Shown here: positions 28,385-37,209 of the stretch, piece after piece
Position numbering within the stretch: the first letter of the stretch is position 1
How the letters are laid out: every line of letters begins with the position of its first letter
Assembly (NCBI GenBank): GCA_964516845.1
Contig: CAZEXP010000001.1
Coordinates: 124,665 to 188,664, forward strand
DNA length: 64,000 nt
Direction of reading: 5' to 3'
From: an uncultured bacterium
GTDB taxonomy: Bacteria; Joyebacterota; Joyebacteria; Joyebacterales; Joyebacteraceae
Made by a program: the position numbers and the translations under genes
Notes under the pieces: model-generated
Told to the model about the DNA's origin: nothing
Database searches by the model: none
What the model saw: the letters and a program-made list of their open reading frames with translations, nothing else

Positions 28385-29783
28385 GCAAACGAGGAAACGT
28401 ATCAGATGGGCACGACCGTGGACACGCGTGCTTTCGGCGCTGCTGCTCGTCGTCGCGATCGCGGGACCGGGACTGCTCTCCGGATGCGCGAGCGACGGTG
28501 GAGGAGACGGACGACCACGAGTCATCATCTTCGGGGTCGACTCCGCGAACTGGAACGTGATGACGCCGATGCTCGAGGCGGGAGAGCTCCCGAATATCGC
28601 GCGACTCGTGCGTCGGGGCTCGTACGGCGTGCTCAAGAGCGGAATACCGATCCAGTCACCCCAGATGTGGACCTCGATCGCCACGGGCGTCGTGCCCGAG
28701 CGGCACGGGATCACCGGGTTCACGGCGGAGATACCAGGGACTGACAACGAGCTTCCGGTGACCAACAACATGCGTCGGGTCAAGGCCTTCTGGAACATTC
28801 TCACCGACGAGGATGTCTCGGTGGGCATTGTGGGGTGGTGGCCCAGCTGGCCGGTCGATGAGGTGAACGGCTTCATGATCGCGCAGCGTGCGTGGCCGAT
28901 GAACTGGTCCGTGCACGGCGTGCCCTTCGGCGCGGCGCGGGACCGGGACGGACGGTTGATCGTCCAGGATTTCCCCGGCCGGACGTATCCCGAAGGCCTC
29001 TACAAGGACTTCGAGCAGTTCGTGATGACCGAGGAGGACGTGACCCTCGATGAACTCAACCGCTTCTTCGCCGACTCGCGTTTCACGGATCACAGGAAGC
29101 AGTTCCACGCGCGGTGGGTCTACGCCAAGGACAGGACCTTCGCGGATGCGGGTCTCCACTACTACACACAGGAGAGACCCGAGGTCTTCGCGGTCTATCT
29201 CCAGGGAACCGACGTGGTCTCACACTACTACTGGGGCTACCAGACGGCGGAGGGCTTCACCGTGTCGCCGGAGGACGAGCGCATGTACGGCGCCGTCGTA
29301 CGCAACTACTACGCGTTCATCGACGACGTCATCGGCGCGTTCCTCGACGTGGCGCCGGAAGAGACCGCCGTACTGGTGATCTCGGACCACGGGTTCGAGA
29401 CGAAGCGTGATCTGAAGGTGCTGTGGGAGCGCGGCGAGGCCATCAGGACCCTTGAGGGCAACAAGGATGTTCCGTGGGACCACGCGATCGACGGCGCCAT
29501 CATCTTCGCAGGACCGGGCATCAAGCGCGGCGTGCCGACGCCCGATATGTCGGTCGTCGACGTCATGCCGACGCTGATGGCCTACCTCGGTCTGCCTGTG
29601 GCGGAGGATCTCGACGGCCGTCCCGCTCTTGCGCTCTTCGAGGACGACTATCTCAGCGCTCACCCGATCCAGTGGGTCGCGTCATACGAGACGGGGGAGG
29701 CGCGCGGCGAGGACGGCCCGATAGCCTCGCCGATGGATGAAGGCATCAAGGAGAAGCTGCGGTCGCTGGGCTACATCGAGTGA
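28377..29783 (+). CDS. Alkaline-phosphatase-superfamily / type I phosphodiesterase-nucleotide pyrophosphatase-like lipoprotein
   Basis: Lipobox LLSGC. VIIFGVDSANWNVM...LPNIARL N-terminus and VISDHGFE metal-site motif. Confidence 0.7.
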   Translation: MTRQTRKRIRWARPWTRVLSALLLVVAIAGPGLLSGCASDGGGDGRPRVIIFGVDSANWNVMTPMLEAGELPNIARLVRRGSYGVLKSGIPIQSPQMWTSIATGVVPERHGITGFTAEIPGTDNELPVTNNMRRVKAFWNILTDEDVSVGIVGWWPSWPVDEVNGFMIAQRAWPMNWSVHGVPFGAARDRDGRLIVQDFPGRTYPEGLYKDFEQFVMTEEDVTLDELNRFFADSRFTDHRKQFHARWVYAKDRTFADAGLHYYTQERPEVFAVYLQGTDVVSHYYWGYQTAEGFTVSPEDERMYGAVVRNYYAFIDDVIGAFLDVAPEETAVLVISDHGFETKRDLKVLWERGEAIRTLEGNKDVPWDHAIDGAIIFAGPGIKRGVPTPDMSVVDVMPTLMAYLGLPVAEDLDGRPALALFEDDYLSAHPIQWVASYETGEARGEDGPIASPMDEGIKEKLRSLGYIE

Positions 29784-29806
29784 TCGTGTTCCAACCCGGG
29801 AGAGAC

Positions 29807-30916
29807 ATGGACACGAGCGTACGATTCGATTGCAGGCACTATGTCGGCGACCGCCCCTGCGTGTGGGGCGGACGCTGCGACGGATGCGCGCATTACAGCG
29901 GCATGGGGACACGGATCCTCGTCATCAAGCTCGCCGCGGCCGGTGACGTCCTGCGCGCAACAGCCGTGTTGCCACCGCTGAAGCGCAAGCATCCGGAGTC
30001 TCACATCACGTGGGTGACGGACTCCGTTGCGATGCCGTTCCTCGAGCACAACCCGTACGTGGACCGCGTCATGCCCTTCGGCTTCGCGTCCCACGTGGAA
30101 CTCGCGGCACAACGTTTCGATGAGGTCATTTGTCTCGACAAGGAACCCCGCGCCGCAGCGTTCGCCGGAGATGTCGCCGCCGACCGCCGCCTCGGCTACG
30201 GACTGACGGAGTGCGGTACTGTCACGCCGATAGACGAAGGGGCGCGGTACGACTTCGATCTGGGTCTCTCGAACGAACGCAAGTTCCGGGAGAACACGCG
30301 GAGCGCCCCGGACATCTACTGCGAGGTGGCGGGTGTCGAGTATGAGGGCGAGCCCTACCTGCTCGCGCTTCCGGACGCGTCGCTCTCCCATGCTCGTGAC
30401 TTTCTCGCCGGGCTAGCGGTCGCGGACCCGCTCGTCGGACTCAATGTCGGCGCCGGCGGTGTGTTCGCCAACAAGGCATGGACGGCCGAGGGATACGCCG
30501 AGCTTGCGCAACGAGTCGTCTCCGAACTCGGCGGCGTCTGTGTGGCGCTGGGCGGTCCCGATGATCGCGAGCGGATGACGCGCGTCGTGGAGTTGTCGGA
30601 CGGGGCGGCGCTCGACGGAGGCATCCACTCTCTTCTGGACTTCGCCGCGATCGTGGCGCACCTGGATGCGCTGGTCACGGGAGACACGATGGCCCTCCAC
30701 ATCGCGGTCGCCGTCGGCGTCCCGGTCGTCGCTCTGTTCGGCCCGACGGTCCCCCAGGAGATCGAGGTCTACGGCAGAGGACGCAAGGTGGTCTCGCCGG
30801 CCGATTGCGCGCCCTGCTACCTGCGCAGCTGTGACCGAAGTCCCAGCTGCATGGAACAGCTTCCCACTGACGCCGTAATGGATTCGCTGCGCGAGGTTCT
30901 GGCGGAGGACGTCTAG
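29807..30916 (+). CDS. ADP-heptose:LPS heptosyltransferase-like glycosyltransferase family 9
   Basis: ILVIKLAAAGDVLRATAVLPPLKRKHP...ITWV GT9 N-terminus and C-terminal GxTGDTMALHIAVAVGVP. Confidence 0.8.
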   Translation: MDTSVRFDCRHYVGDRPCVWGGRCDGCAHYSGMGTRILVIKLAAAGDVLRATAVLPPLKRKHPESHITWVTDSVAMPFLEHNPYVDRVMPFGFASHVELAAQRFDEVICLDKEPRAAAFAGDVAADRRLGYGLTECGTVTPIDEGARYDFDLGLSNERKFRENTRSAPDIYCEVAGVEYEGEPYLLALPDASLSHARDFLAGLAVADPLVGLNVGAGGVFANKAWTAEGYAELAQRVVSELGGVCVALGGPDDRERMTRVVELSDGAALDGGIHSLLDFAAIVAHLDALVTGDTMALHIAVAVGVPVVALFGPTVPQEIEVYGRGRKVVSPADCAPCYLRSCDRSPSCMEQLPTDAVMDSLREVLAEDV

Positions 30917-30941
30917 AGCCGCGCTGAGCAGAGAGAGGGCT

Positions 30942-32729
30942 ATGAACCCGACCGCACGATCAACACAGGCTCCCCGGAAGGCCGCCGCACTCGATGTGGC
31001 CGTGTTCGCCGCGGCGTACGCGCTTCTCGTGGCCGCCGTGCTGGGAGCGCTCGGACTCCGCACGAGCGGTTTCGCATTCACGCTCGCGCTTCCTCAACTG
31101 CTGCCTCTCGTGCTCTCGAGCTTCCTGGCATATCTTCTCGTCGGGTTCGTGGTTCTGGCCCCCTCGCTGCTGAGGCGCACCCGTGGGACGAGCAGGCGGA
31201 CCGGGTTCCGCCTCGCGTTCGCCATGACGACGGTGACGGTCTGGGTATCTCTCACCGTGAGCTTCCTTCCCGTGAAGGGGTCGGAGACATTCGTGCGCGC
31301 TGGAACCCTGACGACGTTCCAGCTCAACATGCTGGGGCTCGCCGCCGTGTTCGCCGCCGGACTCCTGGCAGGATGGATCACATCGTTTCTCCTGCTGAGA
31401 CTGCTGCGCGCCCTCAACGCTTCGCTGACGCCGAACGGCACGCGGATGATCGGATTCGGGCTTGCCGGATTGGCCCTGGTCGCGCTGCTGGTCGGCCCCT
31501 CGGTACGGGCCCGGAGCTTCTCGCATCTGGCGCTGCCCGACGGCGGAACATGGAACGAGCGTCCCAGAGTCGCGGTGGTCGGCGTGGACGGGTGTGATTG
31601 GGAGATGCTCGGTCCGCTTGTCGAGGCGGGGGAACTCCCGAACTTCGCGCGTCTGATGGAGCATGGCTCGTACGGCCCGCTGCTCTCGATGGACCCGATG
31701 ATCTCTCCGAGGATATGGACGACCATTGCGACCGGCGAGACGCCGGAGGAGCACGGCATCATCGGTTTCACCAACGCCGCGGGTGTCCCGGTCAACGCGC
31801 GGATGCGACGCTCCCCGGCGGTATGGGAGATCGTCTCTGCATACGGCGGTGTGTCCGCTGTGAACGGCTGGTACGTGACCTGGCCGACCGACGACGTGCG
31901 CGGCTACATGGTCTCGGACCGCGTTCACAGCCTTCTGCGAGGCGCCACACAGATCTGGCACTCCATCGAGGGCGAACCGACGAACGAACGTCTCGCCCGG
32001 TTCGGGCAATTCACATTCGACAGCGGGTACAAGCGGTTTCAGAGAACGGAGACCGCCTATCAGCAGAACCGCATCGTCGACGAACCGCTCCGCTGGGGAT
32101 ATCTCAGGGATACGATCTACGGTCGCCTTTCCCACGAGCTCCTGCCGCGCTACGAGCCGGATCTCTCGATGGTCTACTTCCGCGGCATCGATTTCGTCCA
32201 GCACTTCTTCTGGCAGTACACGGATCGGGCTGATTTTCCCGGGGTCACGGATGCTGAGGCGCGTGAGTACGGGGAGGTCATCGCGAACTACTACCGGTAT
32301 CAGGACGGGCTTCTCGGGCGTCTGTTGGACGATCTCGGGGATGACGTGAGCGTTCTCCTCGTATCGGACCACGGCTTCACCGCGCGCGTTCTCCTCGACC
32401 CGAACATGCCGGAGCTGACGGGCATGCACGATCGCCGCGGAGTCATCATCGCATCGGGTCCGGCCTTCGCCGACGCGGGCTACGTGGAGGGAGCGACGAT
32501 TCTCGATGTGGCTCCGACGACGCTGGCCGTGCTCGGCCTTCCGATAACCCGGACGATGGATGGTCGGGTCCTGACGGAGCTCCTCGCTCCGGAAGATCTT
32601 GAACGCTACCCCGTGCAGCTTGTCGAGAGCTACGGCACGGCTCTGGGCCGCTCGGTCGAGACCGGGACGGGTTCCAGCATGGATGAGTCCATCAAGGAAC
32701 AGCTCAGGTCGCTCGGCTACATCCAGTGA
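30942..32729 (+). CDS. Alkaline-phosphatase-superfamily / phosphodiesterase-like protein with N-terminal ~5-TM domain (paralog of 28377..29783)
   Basis: Hydrophobic N-terminal ~200 aa. Then VAVVGVDGCDWEML...LPNFARL, VSDHGF, and the same C-terminal tail (IKEQLRSLGYIQ vs IKEKLRSLGYIE). Confidence 0.7.
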   Translation: MNPTARSTQAPRKAAALDVAVFAAAYALLVAAVLGALGLRTSGFAFTLALPQLLPLVLSSFLAYLLVGFVVLAPSLLRRTRGTSRRTGFRLAFAMTTVTVWVSLTVSFLPVKGSETFVRAGTLTTFQLNMLGLAAVFAAGLLAGWITSFLLLRLLRALNASLTPNGTRMIGFGLAGLALVALLVGPSVRARSFSHLALPDGGTWNERPRVAVVGVDGCDWEMLGPLVEAGELPNFARLMEHGSYGPLLSMDPMISPRIWTTIATGETPEEHGIIGFTNAAGVPVNARMRRSPAVWEIVSAYGGVSAVNGWYVTWPTDDVRGYMVSDRVHSLLRGATQIWHSIEGEPTNERLARFGQFTFDSGYKRFQRTETAYQQNRIVDEPLRWGYLRDTIYGRLSHELLPRYEPDLSMVYFRGIDFVQHFFWQYTDRADFPGVTDAEAREYGEVIANYYRYQDGLLGRLLDDLGDDVSVLLVSDHGFTARVLLDPNMPELTGMHDRRGVIIASGPAFADAGYVEGATILDVAPTTLAVLGLPITRTMDGRVLTELLAPEDLERYPVQLVESYGTALGRSVETGTGSSMDESIKEQLRSLGYIQ

Positions 32730-32799
32730 CCGGCCTGATCGGAACCGTGATCCCCCTGGAGGGAAATTGACCTCACGCGTCGCACTGCATCGCGCCGGA

Positions 32800-34047
32800 A
32801 TGCATGTCCGGGTCGGCAACGTCTTTGCGGTCATCGTTGTCGGCGCGCTCCTCCAGGTGCTCACGCAAACGGTCCTCGCTCGCGGACTCACGAAAGAGGA
32901 TGTGGGTCTCATCTCCCTGATTCTGGGAGCCCTGCCGCTCTTCTCCACGCTGACGCTTCTTGGGCAGGACACGTCCATCGTGAGATACCTCTCTCGAGAT
33001 GGTCGAGCGGAGTACGATCTGACGGGGCACGCGAGGCGTGTTCTGATGATCGTCGTTCCGCTTGGGGCAGCGCTGGGACTGGTCGGCGGCCTCTTCTATG
33101 CTCTCCCACGGCTTCCCCTCGCCACCATCATCACCCTCGTCGCGACGCAGAACGTGGTGCTGGTGCTGACCGCATTTCTGCGAGCCAGACACCGCTATGA
33201 AGCTGCCATCATGCTGCGGCATCTTCCGGTCATCGGAAGCGCCGCTGCTCTCGCGGTGCTCTTCGCCACCGGAACCCTCAGCCTGACCACCGCGCTCGTG
33301 GCGCTTCTCGCCGCGTACGCAGTTTCGGCCGTCGTGACGGTCGCACTCCCGTGGAACCGCTCGCCGGAGAGCGCGCTGTCCACTCCCGCGGCCCGCGTTC
33401 CCACGCGGGTGATCAGAGAAGGCCTGCTGTTTCTGGGATTGGGCGTCTCGCTGTCCGTAATGGTGAGCATCGACAGACTCGTCATCAGCCGACTGATGAC
33501 CCTCTCAGACCTTGCGGTCTACTCAACGATCTTCGCGACCACGAAGGGATTCGACTTCCTGTTCTACGCTGTCGGCTATGTGCTCATGCCCGCGATCGGT
33601 CGCGGCGGCAACATGAGCCTGCGGAAACCCGCGCTGGTGGTCGGGGGAGTCACGGCGCTTGCGGTCGTCGGATACCTCCTGCTGGGCGACGAACTCGTGC
33701 ATCTGCTCTTCTCAGGGCGCTACGACGAGGGCACGTACCTGATCCCCGCTTTCGTGTTGTCCGGCGCGTTGAAGCTGTTCTACTCTATCCCGTCAAGCTA
33801 TATCAGCGGGGGCGCCCCGACACGGGCCGTCCGCCAGTTCATGGTGACCAATCTCCTGACCATGGCACTGAACGTCGTACTCGACATCGTGTTCGTGCTC
33901 AGGATGGGACTCATCGGGGCGGCTCTGGCGACTGCGATCGCCTGGGCGCTGCGCCTGATCGCGGGCCTGATCATCATGCAAATGCACAAGGGACGGGCAC
34001 GGCCCCGGCACGTGACGCCTATGCCCGACGAACTGACCGAGCCCTGA
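32800..34047 (+). CDS. Wzx/MOP-superfamily polysaccharide flippase-like membrane protein
   Basis: About 12 predicted TM helices with polysaccharide-biosynthesis-protein architecture. ATG 32800. Confidence 0.7.
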   Translation: MHVRVGNVFAVIVVGALLQVLTQTVLARGLTKEDVGLISLILGALPLFSTLTLLGQDTSIVRYLSRDGRAEYDLTGHARRVLMIVVPLGAALGLVGGLFYALPRLPLATIITLVATQNVVLVLTAFLRARHRYEAAIMLRHLPVIGSAAALAVLFATGTLSLTTALVALLAAYAVSAVVTVALPWNRSPESALSTPAARVPTRVIREGLLFLGLGVSLSVMVSIDRLVISRLMTLSDLAVYSTIFATTKGFDFLFYAVGYVLMPAIGRGGNMSLRKPALVVGGVTALAVVGYLLLGDELVHLLFSGRYDEGTYLIPAFVLSGALKLFYSIPSSYISGGAPTRAVRQFMVTNLLTMALNVVLDIVFVLRMGLIGAALATAIAWALRLIAGLIIMQMHKGRARPRHVTPMPDELTEP

Positions 34048-34084
34048 CGGGGCTCGCGCAAACCCAACGACGAGAGAGGAACCC

Positions 34085-36499
34085 ATGGTGACGCCCCGAG
34101 TCCGCGCGTCGAAGAGGTCCGCGACCGGACCGCGAACAAACGAGTCCCAGCGCCTTGAGCAGGAGCCGATCCTGGGACGTCATGGAACGGCTTTCTGCGT
34201 GACCGTGATCGTTGTTGTGGCGCTCATCTTCTTCTACCGGGTTCTCTTTCTCGGCGAGATCCTGGCCGGGGGAGACGTTCTCGCCGCCGCGGCGATCTTC
34301 GATGACTACGCCCGGGAACGGATCGCTGGTGGATCGCTCCCCTTGTGGAACCCGTACATCTTCTCGGGAATGCCGTTCTTCGAGAGCATGACGTGGAACG
34401 GCGTGGTCTACCCGAGCTACTGGATCAGACACTTCATCGAGGCCATCCCCGGAGTCGAGCTTCCGCGCCTCACGTTCATCGTCCTGCACTACATGCTCGC
34501 CGGGATCGGCACGTTCGCCTATCTCAGGTCGAGGCGTGTGGGACACATCGGCGCGCTCGCGGGGGGACTGGCGTTCATGCTGTCGCCGCACCTCATCGGA
34601 CTGGCGGGCATCGGTCACGGCGGGAAGGTGCTCACCGGCGCCTACATCCCGCTGGTCCTCATGGCGGCCCATCGGGTCCTGGACACGGGGCAGCGACGCT
34701 GGCTGGGCCTGCTCGGACTCTTCGGAGGGCTGCAGTTCCTGGCGCGCCACGTTCAGGTGAGCTACTACACCTGGCTCGCTGTGGGCATCCTCATCGTCTG
34801 CTTCGCGGTGTCGGCGGCGAGAGAGAAGCGCGGCTGGGGCTTCATCGGAGGCAGAGCCGCCATGGTCATCGGCGGCGGCGTCCTCGCGGCCGCGGTCGCC
34901 GGGATCCTGCTCATTCCGCTCCAGAGCTACTCGCTGCTCTCGACGAGAGTCGCTGAATCGGGTGGCATGGGCTTCGAACAGGCCACGATGTGGTCGTTCC
35001 ATCCGAAGGAGCTTCTGACGTTCCTCGTCCCGTCGGCGTTCGGGATGGCCAACGAGACATACTGGGGACCGATGCCCTTCAACCAGGTCTCGCACTACGC
35101 GGGGTTCGTGGCTCTCGCTCTGGCGGTGGTCGCTCTCGGGACCAGACGGACGCGAACCGTTCGCTATCTCGGGATTCTCGCCGCGGTCTGTCTGGTGCTG
35201 AGCTTCGGGAAGTACGTCACGCCGCTCTACCGCGTCCTCTACACGGTGCTCCCCGGATTCAGTCGCTTCCGCGTGCCGGCGCTGTTCCTCCTGTTCGCCC
35301 AGTTCGCCATCGCCGCGCTTGCCGGACACGGCGTCTCCGCCATTCTTGGCGAGACCCGCGCGAGGATCGGGAACTGGAAGATATGGGCGGCGGCGGTGGC
35401 GGGCGTCGGGATACTGGTCGGCATCATCGTTGCAGCTTCCCGGGCCGGCGTCGAACAGAGCGCGACCGCGGCTCTGCTGTCGAAGCACGCGGGCGTGGCC
35501 CCCTCGGTGCTGAGACCGATCGCCGCGCAGGCCGCCCGCATCGCCGTCCGTGACACGGGGATCCTCATTACCTTCGCCGCAGCCACGGGGGTGGCGATCT
35601 TCGTGGCGTCGACAAGAAGGCTCGCCGGCTGGATCGGAGCACTGCTCCTCGTCGGTGTTCTCGTCTGGGACATCTGGCTCGTGGACGCGCGCTTCATGAA
35701 TCCGGAGCGAATGAGGCCGCTCGACAGCTACTACCCGCAGACGACGGCGGTACGATACCTCAAGCAGCAGGAGGGGTACTTCCGCATCGCGCCCCTGGGA
35801 GCCGATTTCGGCTCGAATGCGTGGATGTACCACCGGATCCAATCGATGGGCGGATACCATCCCGCGAAGCTCGGCTCGTACAACATGCTTCTCGACATCA
35901 TCGGCATCGCCGATCTGCGCTTGCTGGCAATCGCGAACGTCCGGTACGTTGTAGGACCCGAGCAGGAGCTCGGCCACCCCGCGTTCCGTATGGTCGCGCC
36001 CGGTGTCCACGAGTTCCTCGGGGTTCTCCCGCGGACGTTCCTGATCGGTGAGGCCCGGGAGGTCATGCCCGACGGCCGCGTGCTCGGGGAGATGCGAACG
36101 GACGGGTTCAATCCGGGCGCATACGCCATTGTCCAGGGCGAACTCCCGGGGCCGGTCCAATCGGCCGAGGGAGGAACGGCGGAGATCGTCTCCTACGAAG
36201 CCGAGAGGATCGTGATCGAGGCGAACGCCCCGCGACCTTGTCTTCTCTATCTCTCGGAGGTATACTATCCGAACGGCTGGAAGGCCTACGTAGATGGTGA
36301 GGAGACCGCCATTTACCGCACCAACTTCGCGTTCCGGTCAGTCTATCTCGCGTCCGGCGAGCATACGGTGGAGTTCGTCTATGAGCCGCCCTCGGTACGC
36401 GCCGGGCTCATCGTCACGCTGATGGGTCTCGCCGCCGTCACTCTGTTGATCATCCTCCCGAGGCGCAAGGGGAGAGAGCCGCAAGGAGCCGCTGCATGA
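34085..36499 (+). CDS. YfhO-family membrane glycosyltransferase (GT-C like)
   Basis: PLWNPYIFSGMPFF and LHYMLAGIGTFAYL are hallmark YfhO motifs. Large polytopic protein with a C-terminal periplasmic domain. Confidence 0.8.
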   Translation: MVTPRVRASKRSATGPRTNESQRLEQEPILGRHGTAFCVTVIVVVALIFFYRVLFLGEILAGGDVLAAAAIFDDYARERIAGGSLPLWNPYIFSGMPFFESMTWNGVVYPSYWIRHFIEAIPGVELPRLTFIVLHYMLAGIGTFAYLRSRRVGHIGALAGGLAFMLSPHLIGLAGIGHGGKVLTGAYIPLVLMAAHRVLDTGQRRWLGLLGLFGGLQFLARHVQVSYYTWLAVGILIVCFAVSAAREKRGWGFIGGRAAMVIGGGVLAAAVAGILLIPLQSYSLLSTRVAESGGMGFEQATMWSFHPKELLTFLVPSAFGMANETYWGPMPFNQVSHYAGFVALALAVVALGTRRTRTVRYLGILAAVCLVLSFGKYVTPLYRVLYTVLPGFSRFRVPALFLLFAQFAIAALAGHGVSAILGETRARIGNWKIWAAAVAGVGILVGIIVAASRAGVEQSATAALLSKHAGVAPSVLRPIAAQAARIAVRDTGILITFAAATGVAIFVASTRRLAGWIGALLLVGVLVWDIWLVDARFMNPERMRPLDSYYPQTTAVRYLKQQEGYFRIAPLGADFGSNAWMYHRIQSMGGYHPAKLGSYNMLLDIIGIADLRLLAIANVRYVVGPEQELGHPAFRMVAPGVHEFLGVLPRTFLIGEAREVMPDGRVLGEMRTDGFNPGAYAIVQGELPGPVQSAEGGTAEIVSYEAERIVIEANAPRPCLLYLSEVYYPNGWKAYVDGEETAIYRTNFAFRSVYLASGEHTVEFVYEPPSVRAGLIVTLMGLAAVTLLIILPRRKGREPQGAAA

Positions 36500-37209
36500 A
36501 GGTGATGGTCGTCGTCCCGACCTACAACGAGCGTGAGAACATCTCGAATCTGGTTCCCAGACTCCTTGGTCACGGTGAGCACATCAACCTGCTCGTCGTC
36601 GACGACGGATCGCCCGATGGCACCGGCCGGTATGCCGACGAGCTCGCGGCCGCGAATCCGCGCGTCCGGGTTCTTCACAGGCCGTCGAAGATGGGGCTTG
36701 GGTCCGCCTACGTCGCGGGCTTCAAGCTCGCGCTGACCACGGACGTGGACCGCATCGTCCAGATGGACGCCGATTTCTCGCATGACCCCGAGGTCATCCC
36801 GGACCTGCTCCACGAATCGGAGAGATACGATGTCGTTCTCGGGTCCCGCTACATCACCGGCGCGAACGTCGTCAACTGGCCGCTGCAGCGACTCTTCCTG
36901 AGCTATTTCGCCAACGTATACACACATCTGATCACGGGCCTGCCGCTCAGGGACTCCACGGGCGGGTTCAAATGCTTCCGGCGCGAGGTGCTCGAGGCGA
37001 TCGACCTCGATACGATCCGCTCCGACGGCTACTCGTTCCAGATCGAGGTCAACTTCAGGTGCTGGAGGCGAGGCTTCTCGATCCACGAGATCCCGATCGT
37101 GTTCGTCGACCGCCACTCCGGCACATCCAAGATGTCCCGCCGAATCGTCTGGGAGGCGACGTGGCTGGTGTGGCGACTGAGGCTCGAGCGCATCCTGCGA
37201 AGAAGATAG
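36496..37209 (+). CDS. Polyprenol/dolichol-phosphate mannosyltransferase-like GT2 (DPM1/Ppm1-like, soluble type)
   Basis: VVVPTYNERENI...VVDDGSPDGT...DADFSHDP...GFKCFRREVL. ATGA overlap with yfhO. Confidence 0.85.
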   Translation: MKVMVVVPTYNERENISNLVPRLLGHGEHINLLVVDDGSPDGTGRYADELAAANPRVRVLHRPSKMGLGSAYVAGFKLALTTDVDRIVQMDADFSHDPEVIPDLLHESERYDVVLGSRYITGANVVNWPLQRLFLSYFANVYTHLITGLPLRDSTGGFKCFRREVLEAIDLDTIRSDGYSFQIEVNFRCWRRGFSIHEIPIVFVDRHSGTSKMSRRIVWEATWLVWRLRLERILRRR

